A DNA stretch of 64,000 nt, taken from assembly GCA_016840165.1 (NCBI GenBank), contig JAEOSU010000080.1, positions 96,001 to 160,000 on the forward strand, in the 5' to 3' direction. Both the position numbers and the translations under genes were made by a program. Under the pieces are notes generated by a model. The model did not search any database and was not told where the DNA came from. It was given only the letters and a program-made list of their open reading frames with translations. Positions 10,526 through 20,192 of the stretch are shown here, piece by piece. The DNA is from Promethearchaeota archaeon (GTDB lineage: Archaea > Asgardarchaeota > Lokiarchaeia > Sigyniarchaeales > SOKP01). Position 1 is the stretch's first letter, and each line of letters opens with the position of its first letter.

Positions 10526-12094
10526 CTAAAATTTTAATTCGAAATTATACCCAGTTAATTGAAAATAAACTGGTGAGAATAATTCAATTGTACCATAAAA
10601 ATGCTTATCTGATATTTGATAAGGTTTAGCATATATTATTTCTTCAATTTTTTGGATAAATGGGTAAATTGTGGTTGGATTTAATTTTAAGTCTTTAACA
10701 CTTACAATCGCAAAATCTCGGATCGTCTCATTTACCTCACGAGTTCTTCCGAATTTTGCTTTAATTAGCTCCATGTAAATACCATTAAATAAGTATGAGA
10801 TCGATTCTTCTAATCTGCCAGAATCTTTTAAAATCTTAAGGTTTTCTATTCGACTTTCAAGGGGTAAATTTACAGTCCGTGATATTTTATCTTGTCGGCG
10901 ATAATAATAATAACCATATCCAACTAATCCAAGGATTATCCCCGATAAAACAGGAATGAATACTAAAAAGAAACCAAGAAAAGGAATTTCAGTAGGCGTT
11001 GGAGGAGAGCCCTGTTCTACATTAATAAACTGAAAAGCAGAAATATATTTTCCTATGGAATTTTCCAATTCGATTTCGATAAGTGTGGAACCTGAACCTT
11101 CTGGAAGTGAAAAAGTGTAAGAGAAATACCCGGTTGCATCGCTATATACAGTTGTGAGATAGCCTCCGTCATAATATATAAGTACGGCTTTATTGTTAAT
11201 TAAAACACTATTATCTGTTTTAGAGACGAGATAACCTGCGATATTATATAAACTATATTCAACGGGATTTGCTGATAAATCCCAAAAGCAAGTAATATTT
11301 GAAAATGTTTTAGGATTAGAAATAAATCTTTCTGAAGAATTAATATAAGGAAGGGATGAGTAATTTAACTTCACGGATAAGCTGTCAGAGATAATATCTG
11401 GAACAGGTATGCTTGAAATATAACCAACATCGTCAGTTAGAATAACATTAGAATAAACAAGAAAAGTGTTATCATACCAATAATAATCTACCGGTACATT
11501 AGAAATAGCAGTACCATTATCATATCTTAAATAACCATCAATGAATAAATCTTCTCCTACTAGTGCGGGAATATTAGGATATGGTACATCAAAATAAGAT
11601 TGAGCGCGATAATTAATATTTATAGAGTTTAGAAATTCAATCGCGCCTCCAGGATCAGTTACTTCAGCACTAATATTATGAACTGAGTATATATCTCCTG
11701 AATAGGGAATATCGTAAATTATATTAAATTTTCCATTTATATCAGTCACGTCATTAAAAGAAGAGTATAACTTTCCATTATCAATTACGGAGATAGTATA
11801 TCCGTGGTAACTGGCATTAGTGTAATAATGAAATAGTCTTCCTTCAATGATTATTGAATCTCCATGATAATGGGTTGTTCCATCCAAAGCAGGATTGGTA
11901 AAGTTAATCCATCCCCACAAATAGGAACACTTGAGGTTTGAATCTTCAAATTTTAGTTTTTTATCATTAATAATGTTCCTATTATTGATTAATATAATAT
12001 TTGAAGCATAAAATATCGTAAGTAGAAAAAAGAAAAAATAAGTCGCCTTTATTGCCTTTTTTCCTATACTTTTGTAATGTTTTAAATGCTTCAT
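10526..12094 (-). CDS. Membrane-anchored beta-rich (Ig-like) surface protein with C-terminal DUF4129-like domain
   Basis: N-terminal TM, repeated G(Y/R)L...TD..G.F beta motifs, second TM, cytoplasmic ETIRDF...IEEIIYA. Confidence 0.65.
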   Translation of the reverse strand: MKHLKHYKSIGKKAIKATYFFFFLLTIFYASNIILINNRNIINDKKLKFEDSNLKCSYLWGWINFTNPALDGTTHYHGDSIIIEGRLFHYYTNASYHGYTISVIDNGKLYSSFNDVTDINGKFNIIYDIPYSGDIYSVHNISAEVTDPGGAIEFLNSININYRAQSYFDVPYPNIPALVGEDLFIDGYLRYDNGTAISNVPVDYYWYDNTFLVYSNVILTDDVGYISSIPVPDIISDSLSVKLNYSSLPYINSSERFISNPKTFSNITCFWDLSANPVEYSLYNIAGYLVSKTDNSVLINNKAVLIYYDGGYLTTVYSDATGYFSYTFSLPEGSGSTLIEIELENSIGKYISAFQFINVEQGSPPTPTEIPFLGFFLVFIPVLSGIILGLVGYGYYYYRRQDKISRTVNLPLESRIENLKILKDSGRLEESISYLFNGIYMELIKAKFGRTREVNETIRDFAIVSVKDLKLNPTTIYPFIQKIEEIIYAKPYQISDKHFYGTIELFSPVYFQLTGYNFELKF

Positions 12095-12127
12095 TAAAGT
12101 TTTTTCTCACTTTTTAATTCTTTTTTA

Positions 12128-15100
12128 TTATAAATATTTACTTTCTGAGCTTTCAACATACTGTAAACCGTTATTAATTGGATCGAAATAAACCCAGATT
12201 TCTGATTCATCTCTGTAGCGTGGCCAGAGAGGATTGTTTTGATCTATAAATATTCGTGCATGAAAGTTACCTGCGGAATCTGTTTGGACCGTATCATTGA
12301 AAGCAATTATAGTACCATCCAATAATTTCACAGTTACATTAATAAACATAAAAGCCAGCGCAGAACCATTATCCCATTGTAAACTACCAAGGATATGTAT
12401 CGTATCATTTACGATCCACTGATCGGAATATTGGGGCCAAATCAAGTCATAATCAGTATACCAACTATTTTGAATTATGGTTGTGCCAGCAGTTACCGTT
12501 ATTGGCACAACTGAGCTACTTACATGACCTAAGTAATCTGTAAGATTAACTTCAAATGGAAAATAGATACTACCATTGAAATCAATTCGAAAATAATAAT
12601 TACCTTGAGGACAATTGAGAGCAATTTGATTATCAAATTGATAACTTCCATCACTGACGTGTATATAATGAGGTTGTGATAAGTATAATCCTGTAACATC
12701 ATTATCAGTTAGGCTATCAAACATCCGAATTCCAATAATTAAATTTCGCATATTATTTGTGCCATCACGTAAAAATCCAGAAATTTTTAGATTTTCGATG
12801 TCTCTCTGTATTGTTCCTTGATTTGGAGTAGCAGATATCGTGAAAGGCTCATCTATAATTATATAAGTAACGTTAATTGTTGCAAAAGAATGATATTCGA
12901 CTCTTATTTTACGTAGACCAGCAGGGAAAAGATTTGATGAAATACTAAACTCATGAAAACCATCCGGAGTTGGATAAGTATAAGATTGTAAGAGGTTATT
13001 GGTATAATCATCATAAATTCTTACGGTTCTTCCGGTAACTGGGAAATTGTGAGAAATATTTACCTGAAAATGGGCTATTTGGCCATAAATATAGCGTTCT
13101 GGTGGATAAAAATCATCATAATATGGGACCGTTGGGTTTCCCTCAACAGAGAGAAATATATCTAAATTTTCAATGTCCAATACTTTTAACTCGTAGTTCC
13201 CTTCTGTTGAATTCACGAAGTTAGAAATCCAAGACATATGATAATCATATTCATTAAATTGATTGAATGGGGATTGGTAATTAAATTCTCCATCAAATTC
13301 AATTCGGATCGTGTAATTATCTTCTGGTGTATAATCTTGGACTGAATAATCGAGGTCAAATTGACCTGTTTCATCTAACTGGAGAGAGCCACTCTCATAA
13401 ACAAGATAATTTACAGGATTCGATCCTTGATAAAGATAAACATTAATTCGAGCATACTTAATAGGATTCCAATTATTAAAATCTCTTATGTATCCATTTA
13501 AATTGAATATATAGGGTGCTGTGTCGGTCCTATAAATCGTATTGGGCTGTGGACCACTCACTAAATCTATAATGATTGGAGCATCCAAAATGAAATAAGA
13601 ATAGTTATAGTAGGTGCCCCAATTTGCATAAATAAGATGAGGGCCAGCTGTGGTGGTTGCGTCAGTTTGATAAAGGAATTGAGTAGATCCATTAGTAGTT
13701 TGGGCGCTTCCAATAGGAGTGTCTTGTGTAAGGTCATAGAAATAAATAGTTTCTTCATCCCCGATAGGATCTGGTCCCCATTGGAGATATACAGATAGAT
13801 TAAGGTCACCATTTCTTGATATTATTGGTTGGTGATATTGGGTTGAACTAGTACCATTTATCCAAAAATTAAATAAAAGTGTGGAGGGAGTAGTCACTTT
13901 CAATTGATTATAAAAAGACGTGGAAGTATTGAAATTAGATAAGGTAAAAAGGTAAGGATATGGTGCTATCCAATTGCAATCAATAGTGCCATTAAAATCC
14001 ATCCGAAGAGTGTAATTTCTGGTAGGAATATCAGAGTCAACTTCAAAATATTCATTAAAGTTACCATTGAAATCAGTCCATATTCTATCAGAAGGTAAAA
14101 TATCATACCAATAATCTGTTCCTCCCCCAAAGATTTTTAAAGTTAGCTCCGAAAGTCTTATTGGATTACCATTAGTTCGATCTGTTATATTTCCTGCGAT
14201 TTGAAATAAAGTATTTGTTGCACCACCACTGGTACGATTAATCTCGCGGGGGACGGGACCAAAATAGATATTAATCTCTGGTTCTTCATTCAATATAAAA
14301 TAGGAATGATTTTCCAGTGAACTTAATTTTGCGTATAGTAAATTCGGTCCTGCAGTATTACCAATTCCTAATGAGTAATCGCAGCTTGCGATTCCATTAG
14401 AATCTGTAGTATTTGCTCCTATTAATATTCCTTGGGTATAATCATGGAATTCTATATATTGATTTGGTATTGGATAATTAGTCTCGTTTAAAACTAATGC
14501 TGTTAAGCTAAGTGTAGTTGATCGACTTACGACAGGAGAGTCAGGTACATCTGAAGGAACTCCATTTATATAAAATAATAATTTCTTGATTGGTTCTCGA
14601 GATACGTTAAAATCTATTAAATTGCTAGAATCATACATATTGCCAAAGGGATAGAACACACCACTCCACGTATTGTTCACATCAGCACGAAAATCATATA
14701 ATCCATTTGGAACTGAAGGATCAACATTTAAATTAATATAAAATTCACCAAGATCATCAGTATCAACAAATGGAGATTCTATAAAGGGAGTTAGACTTGG
14801 CCTATTATTTGTCCCTTTTTCTAAAAGTAATAGTTCTACGGTTACATACCTTACACGTTCATTATTTACCGGATCTGAAACATAACCTTGTACAAAAGTG
14901 TTTGTATGAGTAGGCAGGGTTACATTCGCAGGATTAACACTTGTTAAAGTAACCTCAATATCACCATGAACCATGTATGATGTATAATTTGAGACACCCG
15001 AATAGTAGGCAGTTATCATATGTGGTCCAACAATCTGAGTGTCATCAATATTGATGAGAATAGATGCGTTTCCATTAGTATCTGTCAAGGATTGTCCAAG

Positions 15101-16570
15101 AAATTGATTATAATATTCATCATAAAAGTAAATTATTCTATCCGAGACAGGGATGTTATTATTTTCTAAGTGTGCCGTAACATTTGCATCAGCTCCCCTA
15201 ATTCCTGATGTAAAATTTGAATACAGTGAAAGGGAGTAATTACTTGGAAGAGGATAAATCTCCATCTGAATCCATCTCCCATTTCCGAAAATATCATTAG
15301 GGATAAATACTTCTGCCCAGTTATATAAATTTCTATATTTAATTGAAAAGTAATGCTGACCTTTATCAGCATCAAATTCCTTAGTAATATTAATAGAATT
15401 AAACCCGCTCACAAATCTGCTTGCAACCCCAAGACTGCGAGTGAATGCGCAAAAAGCTGAAGCAAAATCAGAGTACATTCCTGAACCTGTTCCGCAAAAC
15501 CAATCCACCGCATCTGTTCCATCTGGAGCAGGATTATAATTTAAAGAAAAGCAAGTTTGTAAATAATTCTTCACTTTACTCGCAACTTGAAAGGCATTAT
15601 CATCACTGGAAATAGTTTGATTAATGATATTAAAATGGTTGTTAAAATTTGGATTATTGATTCTGTAAAGAGTTATTGAAGGAGGTAATCTAAGATATTT
15701 ACTTCTTATTCCTGAAGGGGTATATCTTGCTTCCACGGCACTATTGTTAATTTCTTGCTCAGTAGGTAGGTCTAATCCGAACATTTTATATGTTAAATTA
15801 ACCGGATCATTATTATTGAAATAAGGATCCAAGGTTGTACAGTTAAAATCATCTTTATATATATCAGTTTGACCTAAATCTAAAGTATTTATACTATAAT
15901 TATTCACAGCGCTTAAACTATTCTCCATAACATAAGGATTAGGAAAAAGAGTTGGAATAACCATTGAATTTTGTCCAGCAGAAGGAGAAAGAGACATTTG
16001 AACTTTTAAAATATCTTCAAGAGGGGGATGAGAATAATAATCAGAATAAGTATAATAATTATAATTTTGTTTTCCAGCCGTGGATTGCCAGCCACTGCCA
16101 TTATATTCATCAAAACATTCATATTTCCATAAAGTATCATAAAAGTTAAGCACATTAATATCAAAATTTTCATCATTATAAATCCTAAATACCTCAATAT
16201 TTGAGGCAGCAAGGCCAAGTAAAGCAGCCCCAAAATCGGATAAATCTAAATCGTCTATATTACCGTCAAACATGTCTTGTAGCGCATCAAGAGCATCTTG
16301 AATTTGATCTGGATTTAAGGTAAAATTATCAAATAAATCTTGAAAGTCAGAAAAATTGATTGTTAAGGGGATATCTATTAATTCTGCGTCTTCCCATTCC
16401 GCTTCAGACAACTGATCATTAGGGGGTAATCTTAGACCACCCCATAATAAACTCAATAGCACTGTTGAAAACGCGAATAGTGTAATAAACAATCCAACGA
16501 GAAGGAGTGTTTTAATTACTCGTTTTTTATCAACACTTGAAGCTAATAAATCTTCACGGAATTCAGACAT
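12128..16570 (-). CDS. Large surface protein: transglutaminase-like domain (degenerate triad) plus about 4 Ig-like repeats
   Basis: N-terminal TM; FDEYNGSGW; FASAFCAFTRSLGVASRFVSGF...WAEVF...GRW transglutaminase core; repeats marked by AGPH/AGPN about every 230 aa. Confidence 0.75.
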   Translation of the reverse strand: MSEFREDLLASSVDKKRVIKTLLLVGLFITLFAFSTVLLSLLWGGLRLPPNDQLSEAEWEDAELIDIPLTINFSDFQDLFDNFTLNPDQIQDALDALQDMFDGNIDDLDLSDFGAALLGLAASNIEVFRIYNDENFDINVLNFYDTLWKYECFDEYNGSGWQSTAGKQNYNYYTYSDYYSHPPLEDILKVQMSLSPSAGQNSMVIPTLFPNPYVMENSLSAVNNYSINTLDLGQTDIYKDDFNCTTLDPYFNNNDPVNLTYKMFGLDLPTEQEINNSAVEARYTPSGIRSKYLRLPPSITLYRINNPNFNNHFNIINQTISSDDNAFQVASKVKNYLQTCFSLNYNPAPDGTDAVDWFCGTGSGMYSDFASAFCAFTRSLGVASRFVSGFNSINITKEFDADKGQHYFSIKYRNLYNWAEVFIPNDIFGNGRWIQMEIYPLPSNYSLSLYSNFTSGIRGADANVTAHLENNNIPVSDRIIYFYDEYYNQFLGQSLTDTNGNASILINIDDTQIVGPHMITAYYSGVSNYTSYMVHGDIEVTLTSVNPANVTLPTHTNTFVQGYVSDPVNNERVRYVTVELLLLEKGTNNRPSLTPFIESPFVDTDDLGEFYINLNVDPSVPNGLYDFRADVNNTWSGVFYPFGNMYDSSNLIDFNVSREPIKKLLFYINGVPSDVPDSPVVSRSTTLSLTALVLNETNYPIPNQYIEFHDYTQGILIGANTTDSNGIASCDYSLGIGNTAGPNLLYAKLSSLENHSYFILNEEPEINIYFGPVPREINRTSGGATNTLFQIAGNITDRTNGNPIRLSELTLKIFGGGTDYWYDILPSDRIWTDFNGNFNEYFEVDSDIPTRNYTLRMDFNGTIDCNWIAPYPYLFTLSNFNTSTSFYNQLKVTTPSTLLFNFWINGTSSTQYHQPIISRNGDLNLSVYLQWGPDPIGDEETIYFYDLTQDTPIGSAQTTNGSTQFLYQTDATTTAGPHLIYANWGTYYNYSYFILDAPIIIDLVSGPQPNTIYRTDTAPYIFNLNGYIRDFNNWNPIKYARINVYLYQGSNPVNYLVYESGSLQLDETGQFDLDYSVQDYTPEDNYTIRIEFDGEFNYQSPFNQFNEYDYHMSWISNFVNSTEGNYELKVLDIENLDIFLSVEGNPTVPYYDDFYPPERYIYGQIAHFQVNISHNFPVTGRTVRIYDDYTNNLLQSYTYPTPDGFHEFSISSNLFPAGLRKIRVEYHSFATINVTYIIIDEPFTISATPNQGTIQRDIENLKISGFLRDGTNNMRNLIIGIRMFDSLTDNDVTGLYLSQPHYIHVSDGSYQFDNQIALNCPQGNYYFRIDFNGSIYFPFEVNLTDYLGHVSSSVVPITVTAGTTIIQNSWYTDYDLIWPQYSDQWIVNDTIHILGSLQWDNGSALAFMFINVTVKLLDGTIIAFNDTVQTDSAGNFHARIFIDQNNPLWPRYRDESEIWVYFDPINNGLQYVESSESKYL

Positions 16571-16876
16571 AAAAAATCATAATTTCCCTAAACTTGATCG
16601 GTTTGAAATTTGCAATATTAATTAAAATTATTATATATATAATTTTCCTAATATTTCTCAAATATATTAAATATCCATGATTAACTAGCTATCAAGTTCT
16701 AAAAGCAATTATCATCATGTCAAAAAGGAGAGGAAAAAGGGGAAAATAAAATTTTTTTTTTATTCCTTTGAATACAATTGAAGACCTTAATATCTCAAAA
16801 GATAAACTGATGAAACTATTAAATCCGTTTGGAAGTAAGTTCGAATAAAATAAAGATTTTAAAAAAATAATTTAAT

Positions 16877-17749
16877 CTAGAACTCAAAACCACATTTGGT
16901 GCAAACATTTTTTTTAGCATAAACTGGCTTTGGAATGTAACTAATGATTTTAGTCTTATCTTCAACCTCTTTAATAGCAAATCCACTTGCCCCGCAATTT
17001 GGGCACACGCGCCTTCCTGAAGTTAATCCACTTCCTACATCAGAGCTAGGCGTAGAGCTAGCTGTAGGAGAGGGAGTACTGCCAAAACCACTACCAAATG
17101 TAGATGTTGGGGTTTGAGATGTAATTCCTTGAGCCAAACTTGATGGCATAACTGCTTTTGGTTCTTTTAATTCCTGAATACGTTTTTCTTTGTAGACTAT
17201 TTCTTCTTGTAATTGATTTACTCGGGATTGTAATGGTCCAATCTGTTGCTGTAGATTCATATTTTCTTGTTGCACGGTTTGTAATTGACCCTGCAATTGA
17301 GGGATAGCAACTTCTAATTGGGCTTTTTCATTATTCAATTGATTGATTTGTGATTGATATCCTTCCATGGTTGATTGAAGATTACCTAGTTGAGAACTTA
17401 ATTGTCTGATTTGGTTATCTTTTTCTGCTAATTGAGTATTCAAATTTGCACACTGTGAGTTAACTTGATTAAGTTTAGATTGTAATTGCTCTATGGTCAT
17501 ATCTTTTTCTTGGAACTGCATCATCATTGTATCATAATCAGCCTGGGAAGGGCCAGATGGTTCTGATGTATATGTAGGGGCAGAAGAGGGATAGGTAGGG
17601 GCCGGAGGTGGTGAGCTTGGCGGGGTTTGAATTGGAGGTGGCATCGATGGTGGCACTCCAGAAGGTGGGGGCATGGATGGGGGTTTTATCGGAGGAGGTC
17701 TAGGCCTTCCATATTCATCCTCGTCATCTCTTTCATATTCGTCCGACAT
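16877..17749 (-). CDS. Proline-rich, coiled-coil, C-terminal zinc-ribbon protein
   Basis: Poly-Pro N-terminus, Q-rich heptads, CPNC...CTKC at the C-terminus. Confidence 0.75.
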   Translation of the reverse strand: MSDEYERDDEDEYGRPRPPPIKPPSMPPPSGVPPSMPPPIQTPPSSPPPAPTYPSSAPTYTSEPSGPSQADYDTMMMQFQEKDMTIEQLQSKLNQVNSQCANLNTQLAEKDNQIRQLSSQLGNLQSTMEGYQSQINQLNNEKAQLEVAIPQLQGQLQTVQQENMNLQQQIGPLQSRVNQLQEEIVYKEKRIQELKEPKAVMPSSLAQGITSQTPTSTFGSGFGSTPSPTASSTPSSDVGSGLTSGRRVCPNCGASGFAIKEVEDKTKIISYIPKPVYAKKNVCTKCGFEF

Positions 17750-17859
17750 AATATTCTACTTTTTTATTTATTTATTTTTTATATTTTCTGTAACTTAAAT
17801 GGGGGACTATGTTTATAAATTAATGCAATAATGATGAAGAAAATCTTATAGATACTCCA

Positions 17860-18960
17860 TTAATTGAAGCAATTCCAATAAGGATTTAGAATTTCTTTCA
17901 ATTTAGGTATGAGTTTTTTCGTAATATAATTTAAAGTTTGATCATCTGATTTTCGCGGATTTTCAGTAATTAGTTTTTCTTTATCATTATTTAACACTTG
18001 CAGGCAATTATAGACGGCTTTCGCTTGTTTATCTATTTCATAGCCACCTTCAAGGGTGATTTGAATCCTACCTTCCGCGAATTTATCAGCTACTGTTTTG
18101 ATTTTACCTAAATAATTTGCAGGAGCTTGAAATGTCCATCCCATATTTGTTAATCGATCTGTCCAATGCGTGTCAAATCCAGCAGATATCAGGATAAATT
18201 CGGGTTTAAATTGATTACAAATTGGTTCGATTATTTCATCAAAATATAGCATGATTGTATCATCCGCTGCTCTTGGAGGTAATGGATAATTAATTATCTT
18301 ACCCTCTCCTTTTCCAGAGCCAATATCATTTATAAACCCACTACCTGGATAAAGTGTCCTCCCATCTTGATGAGAATTAAATATGACAACATCTCCATGA
18401 TCGGAACCATTGTAAAAAATATCTTGTGTTCCATTTCCGTGGTGACAGTCCCAGTCAATAATTGCAACTCTTTTAATGTTTTTTTCTCTAAATAAATATT
18501 CAGTAGCTATTGCTATATTATTAAATATGCAAAAACCCGAACATCTATAAGCATTTGAATGGTGGCCAGGAGGTCTCACAGCAGCAAATACGTTATTAAC
18601 ATTGCCTGCTAAAATCTCATCAATACCTTTCAAATTACCCCCAACACTATATAATGATGCCTCATATGTCTTTGCAGAAACTGCAGTATCCATATCAAGT
18701 TGTTGGATATGACCAGTAGTTTTTGCTAATTCACTGACTTCTTTTACTTCCTGAATTAAACTATCTTCATGCACGTATCTGATTTGTTCTAAGGTTGCTT
18801 TTTCCGGCTTTATTAATTTAAAATTTGAACTCTCAAATAATTTTTTTTGATTTAATAACTCCATGATAGCTACAAGTCTTTCATGACTTTCCACATGTGT
18901 CCCAATTCTATGTTCTAGAAAAATATCATCATAGACTATTCCGGTCGTCAATTTTACCAC
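17860..18960 (-). CDS. Histone deacetylase family protein (class II/AcuC-like)
   Basis: RPPGHH, GFCIFNN, DWDCHHGNGTQ, SAGFD, LEGGY. Confidence 0.92.
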   Translation of the reverse strand: MVKLTTGIVYDDIFLEHRIGTHVESHERLVAIMELLNQKKLFESSNFKLIKPEKATLEQIRYVHEDSLIQEVKEVSELAKTTGHIQQLDMDTAVSAKTYEASLYSVGGNLKGIDEILAGNVNNVFAAVRPPGHHSNAYRCSGFCIFNNIAIATEYLFREKNIKRVAIIDWDCHHGNGTQDIFYNGSDHGDVVIFNSHQDGRTLYPGSGFINDIGSGKGEGKIINYPLPPRAADDTIMLYFDEIIEPICNQFKPEFILISAGFDTHWTDRLTNMGWTFQAPANYLGKIKTVADKFAEGRIQITLEGGYEIDKQAKAVYNCLQVLNNDKEKLITENPRKSDDQTLNYITKKLIPKLKEILNPYWNCFN

Positions 18961-19096
18961 TTCATATTTGTTTTGTTTTTTATTGTTATATTTATCTTAG
19001 TTTTTATAAAGTTTTTACTCTTGGGGCTTAATTGATTGCATACTTGTTTAATCAATAATTGAAGTAAAAGAATAAACTACAACTCTTTAATCAAAA

Positions 19097-20077
19097 TTAG
19101 GGTTTTACGAGTATCTTGATAAATTCTCTATTCTGAGATTCTAAAAATCTTTCAAAAGTTTTTTGTATTTCTTCAATTGGTATAACTTCTGAAATATATT
19201 GATTAGCGGGTACTTTTTCTTGAGCAAATAATGCAATCGATTCTATGATGTCTTCGCTATCATGCCCTAAACATCCTTGTAAATTGACTTCCTTAGAGTT
19301 AAGCATAAATAGGGGGAAAGTTATACTCCCTTTGTGAATGCCCATAAGTACAATAGTTCCTCCTTTTTTTATGAAATTAATAGCATTTGAAATTGTTTGT
19401 TCATTACCAACGCAATCAAAAATAAAACTAGGAGGTCCAAGTTTTTTAATAACCTTTTTGACTTTTGCTCTACTTGTACCAACAGCATCAGTTGCTCCCA
19501 TACCTAACGCCTTTTTCTGTAGAAACTCGTTCGGTTCAATAACAACGACATAATTTGGACTCTTTTTTATCAGTAATGCTTTAAGAAATGCTAAACCTAG
19601 ATTACCTCCTCCAATAATGAGAACCTTTTCATTTTCCTGAATTTTAGATAACTTAAAAGCTCTCATTGCTAAGGCAAAGGTTTCTACCATTACAGCATCC
19701 TTTATTGAGATGTTTTCTGGGATAGGGAAAAGTGATATATTAGGAACTTTAACATATTCAGCGAAACCACCATCTTGAAACATACCAAGTCCTTTAAGAT
19801 CGCCTTGACTTACATCAAGGGAAACATTCACACAAATTACTCTATCTCCAACTTTAGCATTAGTAATATTCTTTCCAATTTCTTCTACAACACCCGTAAT
19901 TTCATGACCCATAATTAAAGGAAAATTATACATTTTATACATAAAATTTGTAATATCGCTACCACATATTCCACAGTAATGGACTTTAACAATAGCTTCA
20001 TTTGGACCAGGAGTAGGTTTGGGATAATCTTCCTTAAGAACAATATTTTTTATATCCTCAATAACGGCTGCTTTCAT
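19097..20077 (-). CDS. Zinc-dependent alcohol dehydrogenase (MDR family)
   Basis: CGICGSD, GHE, GGFAEY, GGGNLG Rossmann motif; the four-Cys structural zinc loop is absent. Confidence 0.88.
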   Translation of the reverse strand: MKAAVIEDIKNIVLKEDYPKPTPGPNEAIVKVHYCGICGSDITNFMYKMYNFPLIMGHEITGVVEEIGKNITNAKVGDRVICVNVSLDVSQGDLKGLGMFQDGGFAEYVKVPNISLFPIPENISIKDAVMVETFALAMRAFKLSKIQENEKVLIIGGGNLGLAFLKALLIKKSPNYVVVIEPNEFLQKKALGMGATDAVGTSRAKVKKVIKKLGPPSFIFDCVGNEQTISNAINFIKKGGTIVLMGIHKGSITFPLFMLNSKEVNLQGCLGHDSEDIIESIALFAQEKVPANQYISEVIPIEEIQKTFERFLESQNREFIKILVKP

Positions 20078-20192
20078 TATCGTAAATATACCTTAGTTTT
20101 TAAATGAATTTAAATGATAAATATACTATTTAAGAGGTTAAAAATAATAAAACTTTTTGGATTAATTAAATTCATGCTATCTAATCATTTTA

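Noticed and set aside
16720-16770. Purine run and T-tract with weak inverted symmetry
   Set aside because: Low complexity; at most an ordinary archaeal T-rich terminator, not supportable as a distinct element
17560-17710. ESCRT late-domain motifs in the Pro-rich protein
   Set aside because: PSSAP and APTY do not match P(S/T)AP, PPxY or YPxL
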